Source of the DNA: an uncultured Alphaproteobacteria bacterium
Lineage (GTDB): Bacteria > Pseudomonadota > Alphaproteobacteria > Rs-D84
NCBI GenBank assembly: GCA_947053455.1
Contig: CAMRSV010000001.1
Location: 64,001-128,000, forward strand
Reading direction: 5' to 3'
DNA length: 64,000 nt
Below are positions 20,899 through 31,452 of the stretch, piece by piece. The notes below the pieces were generated by a model, which made no database searches, was not told the DNA's origin, and saw only the letters and a program-made list of their open reading frames with translations. The stretch's first letter is position 1, and every line of letters begins with the position of its first letter. Made by a program: the position numbers and the translations under genes.

Positions 20899-22197
20899 TT
20901 ATTTTCCAAGACACAACTGGGAAAAAGTAGCATCCATAACCTCGGCCGCGGTGATTGTCCCCAAAATCTTGCCAATGGCGTCGGATGCACGGCGCGTGTG
21001 TTCGGCAAAAATATCATAATCGTCCCGGGGTGACAATACGGCTGATTTCAATTCATCAGCCGCCATCTCCAGCAGGCCACGCGTACGCACATTTATGGCA
21101 AGCGCACCATCTGCCCCATCCAACATTTCATGCATCCGATCCGCTATCGCGCATAATAAATCATCAATTCCCGCACCAGTTTTAGCGGAAACGTAAACGG
21201 CGCCTGGAATATTGTTTTCCGAAATTAAATCCGATTTATTAATAACCAGCATTTCATTCGTACCAACGCACACATCAACATTTTCATCATAAACACGCAA
21301 TACCAAATCCGCGTTTTCAATCTCGTCATGCGTTTTTTCAATCCCTATTTTCTCAATCGCATCCGACGCGTCATCACGCAGACCGGCCGTATCCGAAATA
21401 TTTACCATGAATCCGTCAATATCAATTGTGGCACCAACAACGTCGCGCGTGGTCCCAGGCGTGTCCGACACAATTGCGCGATTTGCACCGACAATGCGAT
21501 TAAATATTGATGATTTTCCCACATTTGGCCGCCCCGCAAGCGTTATATTAAAACCGCCGCGCACCGCACGAACCGCCGCATAGCGCGACAATGCCGTATT
21601 TATTTCATCACACAGCGCGGATGCGGCGACGCGAATTTTTTCACCAATATTTGCCGGTAATTCATCGTCCGCATAGTCAGTCATCGCGGCCGCGTATGCC
21701 GAAATTTCAATCATACGGGCACGCCATGCATCATAAATTTTTGCGTCCCCACCCATCATTGAACGCAGTGCGGATTTTCGTTGCGCATCAGTTTTGGCAT
21801 CCAACAATGCCGCCAAACCGTCAACATCCGTCAAATCCATTTTATCATTGTAAAACGCGCGACGGGAAAATTCACCTGGCACGGCCATACGGGAGCCGCG
21901 TGCGCGTAAATCATCAAATATCTTTTCAATTACGGCCGCCGCACCGTGACAATGAATTTCAATTACATCTTCGCCGGTAAATGAATTTGGTGCCGAAAAA
22001 TAAAGCATCAACACCTGGTCTATTACATCACCATGCACATCGCGCAAATTTGCAAGATATGCGTGGCGTGCCCCTATTGATGCACGGCCGGTCATAGATA
22101 AAAACGCATCACGCAAATTGTCACCCGACACGCGGATAACTGCAACCCCGGATTTACCATGGCCGCTGCTTAATGCAAAAATGGTGTCCGCATTCAT
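20899..22197 (-). CDS. mnmE: tRNA modification GTPase MnmE
   Basis: DTIFALSS, SFTGED, GRPNVGKSS, GTTRD, DTAGLR; C-terminal LCLGK. Confidence 0.96.
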   Translation of the reverse strand: MNADTIFALSSGHGKSGVAVIRVSGDNLRDAFLSMTGRASIGARHAYLANLRDVHGDVIDQVLMLYFSAPNSFTGEDVIEIHCHGAAAVIEKIFDDLRARGSRMAVPGEFSRRAFYNDKMDLTDVDGLAALLDAKTDAQRKSALRSMMGGDAKIYDAWRARMIEISAYAAAMTDYADDELPANIGEKIRVAASALCDEINTALSRYAAVRAVRGGFNITLAGRPNVGKSSIFNRIVGANRAIVSDTPGTTRDVVGATIDIDGFMVNISDTAGLRDDASDAIEKIGIEKTHDEIENADLVLRVYDENVDVCVGTNEMLVINKSDLISENNIPGAVYVSAKTGAGIDDLLCAIADRMHEMLDGADGALAINVRTRGLLEMAADELKSAVLSPRDDYDIFAEHTRRASDAIGKILGTITAAEVMDATFSQLCLGK

Positions 22198-22760
22198 TTT
22201 GATATTTCCTTTAGCGCGCGCGGCACCAGTGCCGCAACATCCATCCCCGGATTTTCCGATACCAATTTTTGCGCCATATCAACAACATCTATGCGCCGGT
22301 ACCCCAACGCCTCTAACGCAGATAGCAAATCCGGCAACGCGCCGCCGGGCGCCTCCATTACATCAAATGACGCGCCACCAACCTTGGACTTTAATTCCAA
22401 AATTATTTTTTCTGCGACCTTTTTCCCGACACCGGGCGCCGTCGCAATTGTTTTTGCGTCACCAGTTGCAATCGCAGACATTAACGTTTCGACCTTTATC
22501 GTAGATAGAATTGCCATTGCAACTTTGGGGCCGACCCCAGAAACGCCGGTCAACTGATTAAACAAATTCTGTGCACCAAGCGATGAAAAGCCGAACAAAC
22601 GAATGGAATCTTCACGAACGACGGTTTCAATCCACAATGTCACGGCCGCCCCCGGCGTCAGATATTCAGGGGTAAAAACCTTGTACCCCACAGGTCCCGC
22701 CATAACAATTGCGTAACCATCACCTAAAAAATCAACAATGCCTTGCAATTTGCCAATCAT
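22194..22760 (-). CDS. ruvA: Holliday junction branch migration protein RuvA
   Basis: MIGKLQG, VREDSIRLFGF, VSGVGPK, PGVGKKVAEKIILELK. Confidence 0.96.
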   Translation of the reverse strand: MIGKLQGIVDFLGDGYAIVMAGPVGYKVFTPEYLTPGAAVTLWIETVVREDSIRLFGFSSLGAQNLFNQLTGVSGVGPKVAMAILSTIKVETLMSAIATGDAKTIATAPGVGKKVAEKIILELKSKVGGASFDVMEAPGGALPDLLSALEALGYRRIDVVDMAQKLVSENPGMDVAALVPRALKEISK

Positions 22761-22810
22761 TTGCTATCCTTTTGGGGTAATTGTAAACTAATAAAATTAA
22801 AAGGTCAAAT

Positions 22811-23527
22811 ATGAGTGGACACAGCAAATGGCACAATATACAGCATAAAAAGGGTGCCGTGGACGCCGCCCGCAGCGGTTTGTTCACAAAACTGGCACGT
22901 GAAATAACGATGGCTGCAAAACTGGGCGACAAGAACCCGGACAATAATCCGAGATTGCGTCTGGCAATTTTACAGGCACGTAAAAATTCCATGCCCAACG
23001 ATAATATCAAACGCGCAATTGACAAGGCATCGGGTTCAAACACCGAAAACTATGTCGCCGTCCGATACGAAGGATATGGTCCTAACGCCGTCCCAGTTAT
23101 TGTTGAGGCGTTGACCGACAACCCGCGCCGCACCGTACCTGAAATTCGAAACATATTTGCCAAGAATGGTGGAAATATGGGCGAAGAAGGAAGTGTTGTT
23201 TTCATGTTTACACGTGCAGGACAAATCATGTACCCAGCGTCTATCGGCAAGACCGAAGATGAAATGATGGAAATTGTCATGGATGCGGGCGCAGACAATC
23301 TGGAATCATCACCGGAAGGATTTATTATCACAACCAAACCTGATGATTTTATTACCGTGCAAAAGACACTGTCAGACAAGTTGGGCGAACCGGAAAACGC
23401 GGAACTGACCTGGTTGGCAAACATGCCGGTTGATTTGGATGACGAAGCATACGCCAAGGTTGAAAAACTGGTTGATAGCCTGGACGACAATGACGACGTT
23501 CAAAAAGTGTTTACAGCGGCGGCATAA
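22811..23527 (+). CDS. yebC: YebC/PmpR family protein
   Basis: MSGHSKWHNIQHKKG, YEGYGP, DDVQKVF. Confidence 0.96.
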   Translation: MSGHSKWHNIQHKKGAVDAARSGLFTKLAREITMAAKLGDKNPDNNPRLRLAILQARKNSMPNDNIKRAIDKASGSNTENYVAVRYEGYGPNAVPVIVEALTDNPRRTVPEIRNIFAKNGGNMGEEGSVVFMFTRAGQIMYPASIGKTEDEMMEIVMDAGADNLESSPEGFIITTKPDDFITVQKTLSDKLGEPENAELTWLANMPVDLDDEAYAKVEKLVDSLDDNDDVQKVFTAAA

Positions 23528-23544
23528 AACCGTCTATGTACAAG

Positions 23545-23568
23545 AAAACGGGGCATTGCCCCGTTTTT
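23545..23568. terminator. Bidirectional intrinsic terminator
   Basis: AAAACGGGGCATTGCCCCGTTTT. Confidence 0.75.
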
Positions 23569-24463
23569 ACTTTAATTCAAACAAATGCATTATTATATCA
23601 CCACCTTCATATGTTGCCTCGTCTGCCAAGCCGGTAACATTGGTGTTATTAGTATTTGTATTCCATTGACCCACGGGGGCATATGATGTCGTCGCGGACA
23701 CATATTTTTCATGTGCTGTGTCGATAAAAAATTGAACAATATTATTCCCCAAAATCCCAGCATAACCCACCGGTTGATCAAACACTGCCATATACGCATA
23801 TGACACGGATGCGGATCGCCCATCCAATGCATCAATTAGATTTGGTTTGTCTGAAATCCCAGGCCCCTTGTAACGTGCAACAAACAGGTATGTTCCCGGT
23901 CCTATGGTTCCACCCATACACATTTCATCAACCGAAAAATCATCTATGTTTGAACTGTTTATATTCTGATTTATTTTCGCACAGGATTTTACCCGACGCC
24001 ATACGCTTATGTCTGATTTCGGAATAAATTTTTCAACCGCGGACAATGTCATAAATTTATTTACATTGCCAAGCCCATCTGGCTGTGCATTGGCATTGCG
24101 ACTAAAATTAACTTCCGGACAACCTATTGCGCCATATGTGCATACCGCGCGATGAAGCCCACCCGTACAGTAATGACCCATGCCGCAATTGACACATTCA
24201 CTGTTATTCATCAAGTACTGGCCAGGCTCGCACCACTTGCCCACCCAATAATCTTTCGCCCCCACCCGCAGGCGCAGCGCCCCGGTCGGCGCAGCGGATG
24301 AATACATTGCACCATACCATTTCTCGTCTGCAATAGAAACCGCCAACGCAGGCGAAGTATTTCGCGTGGAATTAAGTGGCACTGACCGGTCGCCAAAATG
24401 CAACATGCGCGCATAACATGCGGCATTAAAAAATAATGTAAAAAATAAAACTATATATCTCAT
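23567..24463 (-). CDS. Secreted protein with Cys-rich segment (CEPGQY...CVNCGMGHYCTGG...C)
   Basis: N-terminal signal peptide; inserted between yebC and ruvC in the opposite orientation. Confidence 0.75.
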   Translation of the reverse strand: MRYIVLFFTLFFNAACYARMLHFGDRSVPLNSTRNTSPALAVSIADEKWYGAMYSSAAPTGALRLRVGAKDYWVGKWCEPGQYLMNNSECVNCGMGHYCTGGLHRAVCTYGAIGCPEVNFSRNANAQPDGLGNVNKFMTLSAVEKFIPKSDISVWRRVKSCAKINQNINSSNIDDFSVDEMCMGGTIGPGTYLFVARYKGPGISDKPNLIDALDGRSASVSYAYMAVFDQPVGYAGILGNNIVQFFIDTAHEKYVSATTSYAPVGQWNTNTNNTNVTGLADEATYEGGDIIMHLFELK

Positions 24464-24479
24464 CTACCGTTACGACGTA

Positions 24480-24650
24480 ATAAATGCCGTCATATAAATC
24501 AGACGGCTGGAGGTTAGAAACTATAAAACGGTATAGTGTCGTTTATTCAGTATATTCACGAGCCCTCCAACCGAATGTTGGAGTTTTTTTCGTCCACACG
24601 GACGCCGTTTTAAAGGTTTCTACACCCCACAGCATTTATCTTATGCTGCG
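24480..24650 (-). ncRNA. C4/CI-like antisense leader cassette, copy 3
   Basis: Transcript sense: targets UAGAAAC and AAAACGG; complements CCGUUUU and GUUUCUA; closing stem GGUUGGAGG/CCUCCAGCC; hairpin GCCGUC/GACGGC. Confidence 0.75.
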
Positions 24651-24709
24651 AAGGAATTATAACATAAAATATTCTTTATATGCCACAGATAATTTCTTAT
24701 AATAATCAC

Positions 24710-25189
24710 ATGACCAGAATACTTGGGATTGATCCCGGACTTTTGCATACGGGTTGGGCTGTGATAGAAAGTAAAGGTTCAACACGTAAATATGTCGCAA
24801 GTGGCGTTATTTTGCCGCCGGCGAAACTCCCGTTTGCACAAAGACTGGCCATAATTTTTCGCGGTGTGGATGAATTATGCGAACAATTTCAACCAGACTG
24901 TTGCAGCATAGAAGTCATATTCGTTAACGTAAACCCCAAGACAACATTGATTCTGGGTCAGGCACGCAGTGCGGCAATCGTCGCGGTTGCAAACCGAGAT
25001 ATACCGGTTTATGAGTATGAGCCAAATAAAATAAAAAAGGCGCTTACCGGTGCGGGACATGCGGACAAATCACAGATTGATAAAATGGTGCGAATATTGA
25101 TGCCGGCAGCACACCCAAAAACACCAGACGAAGCTGATGCAATCGCAATCGCATTGGCGCACAGCAATATGAATAAATTCGTTTTATAA
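24710..25189 (+). CDS. ruvC: Holliday junction resolvase RuvC
   Basis: ILGIDPG, LGQAR, GAGHADKSQI, DEADAIAIALAH. Confidence 0.96.
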   Translation: MTRILGIDPGLLHTGWAVIESKGSTRKYVASGVILPPAKLPFAQRLAIIFRGVDELCEQFQPDCCSIEVIFVNVNPKTTLILGQARSAAIVAVANRDIPVYEYEPNKIKKALTGAGHADKSQIDKMVRILMPAAHPKTPDEADAIAIALAHSNMNKFVL

Positions 25190-25239
25190 CAATTCCTTAT
25201 TTTGTGTTATAATGACAAAAACAACAAAAGGGGAAAATC

Positions 25240-25518
25240 ATGAAAAAAGAATTTATTGAAGCAGAATCAGAAAAACTACGCCAGCGCCAGCGGATACTGT
25301 TTCGCACATTTGGTGTGAATGTAATTTTGGGCGTTATTGCATGGGCGCTGACTATGGTGCCGGGAATACTTTATTTCGGCGTATGGATGACAGGATTTTC
25401 AGCAATGCTGATGTATTATTCCGCAATAAGCGCGATTGCCCTGTGGCAGATATTGAACGTTGCGTTCTTCTTTGCACCGGCCATCGCCACATGGTGGGAA
25501 AGAAAAATGATGAAATAA
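25240..25518 (+). CDS. Small membrane hypothetical protein
   Basis: 92 aa, hydrophobic, AAGGGG RBS. Confidence 0.7.
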   Translation: MKKEFIEAESEKLRQRQRILFRTFGVNVILGVIAWALTMVPGILYFGVWMTGFSAMLMYYSAISAIALWQILNVAFFFAPAIATWWERKMMK

Positions 25519-25566
25519 TAAAAAACGGCGGGTCACCCGCCGTCTTTTATTAAACGCACATCGCGC

Positions 25567-26475
25567 CTATTGCATTGAATTTAGATATGCGATTGCATCC
25601 ATGGCTGCCTCGCACCCGGTACCGACCGCGGTTGCAATTTGCATCTTTATCCCCGAATGCACATCGCCCGCCACAAACAGACCCGCCGGCATTTCACCCG
25701 GCATCAGACGCCCCATGTTGTCGCGCGCTACATCTTCGCTTAAATAATCCGTATTCGCCTCATGCCCGATTGCAACAAACAGACCGTCAACAATTATTTC
25801 CTTGTCATCAGTTGTTGTCACAACAAGCCTGTCATCATCGCGCTTTGCAATTTTTTTCAAATCCGTGTTGAACAGGCATTCAATATTTTCACGTTCCGCA
25901 ACGCGGTTGCGTAATACGGCCTCGGCTCTGGTAAAGGCACCCTTGCGGTAAATAATTTTCACCGACCGCGCCTGATCCGCCAGATAAAGCGCATCGTTTA
26001 GCGCGCTGTTTCCGCCCCCCAGTACGATGACATCTTTGTTCATATAAAAGAACCCATCGCATGTAGCGCAGTATGATACACCCTTGCCCATAAGTTCGCG
26101 CGCACCTTCAATTTCCAGTCTGCGCGGTGACGCACCGGTTGCGATAATCACTGTGCGTCCGACATAGCGGTTGCCATCATCGCCCAGTACATTAAACCCG
26201 GACGCAGCATCGCCCGAAATGGATTTAGCGCCGACAAATTTTATTTCCGCACCAAATGATTCGGCCTGTCGCTTCATAAATTCCGCCAAATCCGTACCTG
26301 ACCCCAAAAATCCCGGATAATTTTCCAATTTGGCGATACCGGCCATCTGGCCCCCCAGTCTGTCACCACCCAGAACCAGCGTCTTTTTCCCGGCGCGCCC
26401 CGCATACAAAGCCGCCGTCAATCCCGCAGGACCTGAACCCAAAATGATAACATCATGCATAACAATGTCGTTCAT
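25567..26475 (-). CDS. trxB: Thioredoxin reductase
   Basis: GSGPAGLTAALY, GVSYCATCDG, GGGNSA, FVAGD. Confidence 0.92.
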   Translation of the reverse strand: MNDIVMHDVIILGSGPAGLTAALYAGRAGKKTLVLGGDRLGGQMAGIAKLENYPGFLGSGTDLAEFMKRQAESFGAEIKFVGAKSISGDAASGFNVLGDDGNRYVGRTVIIATGASPRRLEIEGARELMGKGVSYCATCDGFFYMNKDVIVLGGGNSALNDALYLADQARSVKIIYRKGAFTRAEAVLRNRVAERENIECLFNTDLKKIAKRDDDRLVVTTTDDKEIIVDGLFVAIGHEANTDYLSEDVARDNMGRLMPGEMPAGLFVAGDVHSGIKMQIATAVGTGCEAAMDAIAYLNSMQ

Positions 26476-26619
26476 GTTATTCTTCCTTTTATTATATTTC
26501 ACGGCACACCATACCATAATGGATAACGACGCGCAAATTAAAATATAGGCGTTATGAAAATATTGATTTTCCAATATAAATGAACTATATTTTATTGGAA
26601 ATCAAAGGATTGCAATATC

Positions 26620-27897
26620 ATGCTGGATATAAAATTTATTCGTGAAAACCCGGAAATAGTCAAAAATGCCTGCCGGGTTAAGGGGTTTGACGATAATGTC
26701 GACGAAATATTGGCGTTGGACGCGCGGGTGCGCGAACTTAAAACCGCAACCCAGACAATGACCGCCGAAAAAAACCGAATAACGCGTGAAATACCCATGG
26801 CATCGGACAAGGCGCCGCTGATTGCACGATCCAAAGAAATAGGCAATGAAATTGCCGCAGATATGGCGGAGTTGGCCGAAAAAGAGGATGCGCTTAATGA
26901 TTTAATGCACCGCGTGCCACAAATCCCCAGCCAAAGCGCCCCAATCGGTCCCGACGACACATCAAATGTAGAGGTAAAGCGCGTCGGCACGCCACGCAAA
27001 TTTGATTTTACACCCCGCGCCCAGTGGGATTTGTTGGACATGAACAATTGGTGGATGCCGGAAAAAATTGGCCAAATTTGCGGTACGCGCACATATGCAC
27101 TAAAGGGCGAGGCCGCCGAACTGCAACTGGCGATTGAAACATATGTTATTCAAAAACTGATTCAAAAGGGATTTGTATTCGTTGAGTGTCCGTCAATTAC
27201 AAAACCCCAGACAATATTCAACGCCGGCCACTTTATGGGGGCAAACCCGGCGGTTATGGAAAACGATGTATTTATGCTGGCGGGAACTGACCGGTGTCTG
27301 GCCGGAACGGCTGAAATTATTCTAAATTCACTGCACGGGGGCGAAGTTTTGAATGAATCCGATTTGCCGATAAAGTATGCCGGGTTTTCACCATGCTTTC
27401 GTAAAGAGGCGGGCGCGGCCGGCCGTGATACACGCGGACTTGCCCGCTTTCACCAGTTTAACAAGGTTGAACAATACATTTACTGTACCCCGGCGCAATC
27501 GGACGAAATGCATGAACATATTCTGCAAAATCTGTGCGAAGTCATGGAAGATTTGGAATTGCCATACCGCGTGATTGCAAATTCGACAGGCGACATGGGA
27601 TTTAACAAAGTAAAGATGAATGATGTTGAGGCATGGGTGCCGTCGGAAAACGGCTACAAAGAACTTGGCAGCTGTTCATCAATCGGCACATTCCAGGCAC
27701 GCCGCACAAACACACGATACCGTGCAAACGACGGTTCAATGCAATTTTGCGCGACACTGAACAACACAGGAATTGCCGTACCACGCGCATTGGTACCGGT
27801 ATTGGAAAATCATCAAAATCCGGATGGCAGTGTTAACATACCGAAAAAGTTGCAACCACTTATGGGCGGACGCACAAAAATCGGTGGCAAGCATTAA
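26620..27897 (+). CDS. serS: Serine-tRNA ligase
   Basis: MLDIKFIRENP, GTAE, CFRKEAGAAG, HQFNKVEQ, TLNNTGIA. Confidence 0.97.
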   Translation: MLDIKFIRENPEIVKNACRVKGFDDNVDEILALDARVRELKTATQTMTAEKNRITREIPMASDKAPLIARSKEIGNEIAADMAELAEKEDALNDLMHRVPQIPSQSAPIGPDDTSNVEVKRVGTPRKFDFTPRAQWDLLDMNNWWMPEKIGQICGTRTYALKGEAAELQLAIETYVIQKLIQKGFVFVECPSITKPQTIFNAGHFMGANPAVMENDVFMLAGTDRCLAGTAEIILNSLHGGEVLNESDLPIKYAGFSPCFRKEAGAAGRDTRGLARFHQFNKVEQYIYCTPAQSDEMHEHILQNLCEVMEDLELPYRVIANSTGDMGFNKVKMNDVEAWVPSENGYKELGSCSSIGTFQARRTNTRYRANDGSMQFCATLNNTGIAVPRALVPVLENHQNPDGSVNIPKKLQPLMGGRTKIGGKH

Positions 27898-27921
27898 AAA
27901 ACGGGGCGACGCCCCGTTTTT
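27896..27921. terminator. Bidirectional intrinsic terminator
   Basis: AAAAAACGGGGCGACGCCCCGTTTTT. Confidence 0.8.
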
Positions 27922-27922
27922 A

Positions 27923-28474
27923 TTATCGCTGAAAAGAATACATCAATCTTTTCAATGGCCGCATCAACGGATTAGACTGCTGAATATCAACCATGGACTG
28001 TAACTGCCGTGACTGGGTGATAATGTCATGTGCAAACTTAAATGATTGCATACGAAAAGTATCGCTGCTGGATGTGCGGTCATATTCCCAGTTCTGAACA
28101 GATTTACAAAAATTATAATACGCCTGACACAAGTCATCGTTTTCATACATTGCCGCATCGGACGCATTAATAACAAAATCCATCGGGCTTTGAACAATAT
28201 AATATGCCATTGTGGTTTCTTTTGCATTTTTTTCTTCCGTCCATTTGTCGACGCGCGAACGCCACATACCCAAAGTATACGCACGCGAAAAATAAATTTC
28301 CGGATTTTGCGCAACCCCGTTTATATATACCAACGCACGACCTGCCAAATAACGCGATTTAATCGGCATCTTGCCCCAGCGCCGGGACAACGATTCCCTG
28401 GCCAAAATTTTGAAACAGGCAAAACCAGATTTTATCGCATTATAAACCTGAATATCTGACACTTTTTTTTGCAT
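27923..28474 (-). CDS. Hypothetical protein
   Basis: About 183-aa ORF from Met 28474 with AGAGGG RBS; no motif recognised. Confidence 0.65.
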   Translation of the reverse strand: MQKKVSDIQVYNAIKSGFACFKILARESLSRRWGKMPIKSRYLAGRALVYINGVAQNPEIYFSRAYTLGMWRSRVDKWTEEKNAKETTMAYYIVQSPMDFVINASDAAMYENDDLCQAYYNFCKSVQNWEYDRTSSSDTFRMQSFKFAHDIITQSRQLQSMVDIQQSNPLMRPLKRLMYSFQR

Positions 28475-28685
28475 AACTAAACGCCCTCTGTTATCTCTTA
28501 CAGTATAAGACAAAAAACACAAAATGTCAACATATTAAATTCAAATTTAATCCAGGGCATGCGAACGAAGTCTTTCCAAATATTTTATTATTTCGACAAA
28601 AAAATCAATTTTTATATACATAACTTGTTGAAAATTTGGATTTATTGTATAAACTTAAAAAAATTAAAATCTTAAAGGCACAAAA

Positions 28686-30518
28686 ATGAAAATTCGTAAT
28701 ATTGCAATTATCGCGCACGTTGACCACGGAAAAACAACATTGGTTGATAACATGCTAAAACAAGCTGGAACATTCCGTGAAAACGAACGTGTTGAGGAAC
28801 GCGTCATGGACAGTGGTGATATCGAACGCGAACGCGGAATCACCATTTCGGCAAAACCGACATCAATCCAGTGGGGCGAATATAAAATAAACATCGTTGA
28901 CACCCCGGGGCACGCCGATTTTGGTGGCGAAGTGGAACGTATTTTATCAATGGTTGATGGCGTCGTTTTGCTGGTCGATAGCGCCGAAGGCCCCCTGCCC
29001 CAGACAAAGTTTGTATTAAGCAAGGCATTGAAACTGGGCTTGCGGCCAATTGTGTGCATTAACAAGGTAGATAGAAGCGACGCCCGTCCGGACGAAGTTC
29101 TGACCGAAACATTTGATTTGTTTGATAAATTGGGTGCGACGGATTCGCAACTTGATTTCCCATATCTGTATTCCGTCGGACGCGACGGTTGGGCCGTTCG
29201 TGATTTAAATGACGAACACAAAGACCTGACACCGCTGTTCCAATTGATTGTAGACCATGTGCCGGCACCAGACTGCAACGGTGACAGATGCCAAATTGAC
29301 GCACCGTTCCGCATGTTGGCCACAACGTTAGAGGCAGATCCCTATGTTGGCCGAATTCTGACTGGAAAAATTGAATCTGGGACGGTAAAGGTCGGACAAT
29401 CGGTCAAAGCAATAAATATGAAGGGCGAATTTATCGAAAACGCCAAAATAACAAAAATTATTGAACATCGCGGCGTTGAAAAAATCTCGAGAGAGAGTGC
29501 CTCGGCCGGCGATATTGTCGTGCTTGCCGGATTTTCCAAGGCAACTGTGGCGGATACCCTGTGCGACACGTCTGTTACCGAACCGATTCCCGCCATGCCG
29601 ATTGACCCGCCGACACTAACCATGACATTCTTTGTTAATACATCACCTTTGGCGGGGAAATCCGGAAAGAAGCTGACGTCACGAATGATTGGCGAAAGAC
29701 TTTTCAAAGAGGCAGAAACAAATATCGCCCTGCGTGTAACACAGAGTGCAAACAACGAAGCATTCGAGGTATCCGGGCGCGGTGAACTGCAACTGGGTAT
29801 TTTGATTGAAACCATGCGCCGCGAAGGATTTGAACTGTCCGTGTCACGTCCGCGCGTTGTTATGATTGAAGGGCCAAACGGCGAACAACTGGAACCGATT
29901 GAAGATGTCGTAATTGACGTTGACGATGAATTCTCGGGTGTGGTCATAGAAAAAATGACCAAACGCAAGGCAACAATTACCGAAATGAAATCGTCCGGCG
30001 CCGGCAAAACACGCATAGTTTTTTCCGCACCATCACGCGGTTTAATTGGCTACCTGTCGGAATTTAGAACGGATACACGTGGCACAGGTATCATGAACCG
30101 CGTATTTTCCGAATACAGTGAATACCGCGGTCCGATAATGCAATACCGACCGGGCGTGCTGGTATCTATGGAAAACGGTTCGGCCGCAACGTATGCATTA
30201 TTCAATCTGCAGCCGCGCGGGACCTTGTTCATCGGCCCACAAACAGAAGTTTATTCCGGCATGATAATCGGCGAACACAGCAAGGAAAACGATTTGGAGG
30301 TAAACCCCATAAAGGGCAAGGAACTGACCAACATGCGTTCCGTTACGGCCGATGAAAAACTGTTTCTGGCACCGCCACGGCGCATATCGCTGGAAGAAGC
30401 GCTGTCATATATCCAGGACGATGAATTGGTTGAAATAACACCGGCGACTATACGCCTGCGAAAAAAGGAACTGGATAGTAACATGCGCAAAAAGATGCAC
30501 AAAAACACGGGGGCATAA
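28686..30518 (+). CDS. typA: Translational GTPase TypA/BipA
   Basis: RNIAIIAHVDHGKTTLVD, DTPGHADFGGEVER, SGRGELQL. Confidence 0.98.
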   Translation: MKIRNIAIIAHVDHGKTTLVDNMLKQAGTFRENERVEERVMDSGDIERERGITISAKPTSIQWGEYKINIVDTPGHADFGGEVERILSMVDGVVLLVDSAEGPLPQTKFVLSKALKLGLRPIVCINKVDRSDARPDEVLTETFDLFDKLGATDSQLDFPYLYSVGRDGWAVRDLNDEHKDLTPLFQLIVDHVPAPDCNGDRCQIDAPFRMLATTLEADPYVGRILTGKIESGTVKVGQSVKAINMKGEFIENAKITKIIEHRGVEKISRESASAGDIVVLAGFSKATVADTLCDTSVTEPIPAMPIDPPTLTMTFFVNTSPLAGKSGKKLTSRMIGERLFKEAETNIALRVTQSANNEAFEVSGRGELQLGILIETMRREGFELSVSRPRVVMIEGPNGEQLEPIEDVVIDVDDEFSGVVIEKMTKRKATITEMKSSGAGKTRIVFSAPSRGLIGYLSEFRTDTRGTGIMNRVFSEYSEYRGPIMQYRPGVLVSMENGSAATYALFNLQPRGTLFIGPQTEVYSGMIIGEHSKENDLEVNPIKGKELTNMRSVTADEKLFLAPPRRISLEEALSYIQDDELVEITPATIRLRKKELDSNMRKKMHKNTGA

Positions 30519-30606
30519 ACCCCGTGTTTTTTTATTCATAACATCGGCTAAATCCAGCATATATTCATTTGTTGAAAATGCGATTAAAAACATATATTAT
30601 TCATAT

Positions 30607-31449
30607 ATGAAGATAAAAAGACTTTTCCTATTTGCCGGTTACGACCCAAAGGGTATAATTGACGAAGCACTGCTGTACTACGTTCGCGCATTATCTAAAT
30701 TGGGCGACGTGGTTCTTTTTATGGACAGTGACTGCAGCGCAGCGCAACTAAAAAAACTGGCACCGTACGTTATATGGGCAGGTGCCACGCGACACGGCGA
30801 ATACGACTTTGGCTCGTACAAGCGTGCATATGAATACGCGGTGGATAAAAAAATTTTAAATAAATATGATTTCGTATACTTGGTAAACGATTCTGTATAC
30901 GGACCGATGCGCCCGCTTAAACCAATAATCACCGGATTAGAGGCACGAAAGCTGGACGCATTCGGCATGATTAAGAATCCGAACCATAATGCGCCGCATA
31001 TCGGGTCATGGTTTATCGGCATGCGACCACGAGTATTTTTGTCACCTATGTTTGATAAATTTATGCGCAGTATAACACGCCAACCAGACAAGGGCACGGT
31101 CGCCACTTTATACGAGCATGGATTTACCGCAATGATAGAACGCGCCGGATTTTCATGGGGATGTAAAAAGACCATATTTAATCGCGGCGTATACAATCGG
31201 GTAAAGGCGCAATTTAAATCCAATGTGCCGTTCATAAAAAAATTATCATTTACGCGACATAACGGCTCACTTGGTCGACAAATAAATTATGTTCTGAAAC
31301 ATGCGGATGCACCCGCACGCATCGCAACGCTTGCGTCGGCACGGCGCACAATGGGCACGGAATATATCGACTGGTTGCTCCATGGCAGTAAAATGACGAT
31401 GATTGTGCGTTTCCTGAAATATATGTGGAAAAAATACAAGAACGGATAA
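30607..31449 (+). CDS. Rhamnan synthesis F (RgpF)-like protein
   Basis: LFAGYD, HGEYDFGSYKR, LVNDSVYGP, HIGSWF, PFIKK. Confidence 0.8.
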   Translation: MKIKRLFLFAGYDPKGIIDEALLYYVRALSKLGDVVLFMDSDCSAAQLKKLAPYVIWAGATRHGEYDFGSYKRAYEYAVDKKILNKYDFVYLVNDSVYGPMRPLKPIITGLEARKLDAFGMIKNPNHNAPHIGSWFIGMRPRVFLSPMFDKFMRSITRQPDKGTVATLYEHGFTAMIERAGFSWGCKKTIFNRGVYNRVKAQFKSNVPFIKKLSFTRHNGSLGRQINYVLKHADAPARIATLASARRTMGTEYIDWLLHGSKMTMIVRFLKYMWKKYKNG

Positions 31450-31452
31450 AAA

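Noticed and set aside
26520-26619. T-box in the serS leader
   Set aside because: Only an AT-rich hairpin is present, with no GGTGGnACC motif.
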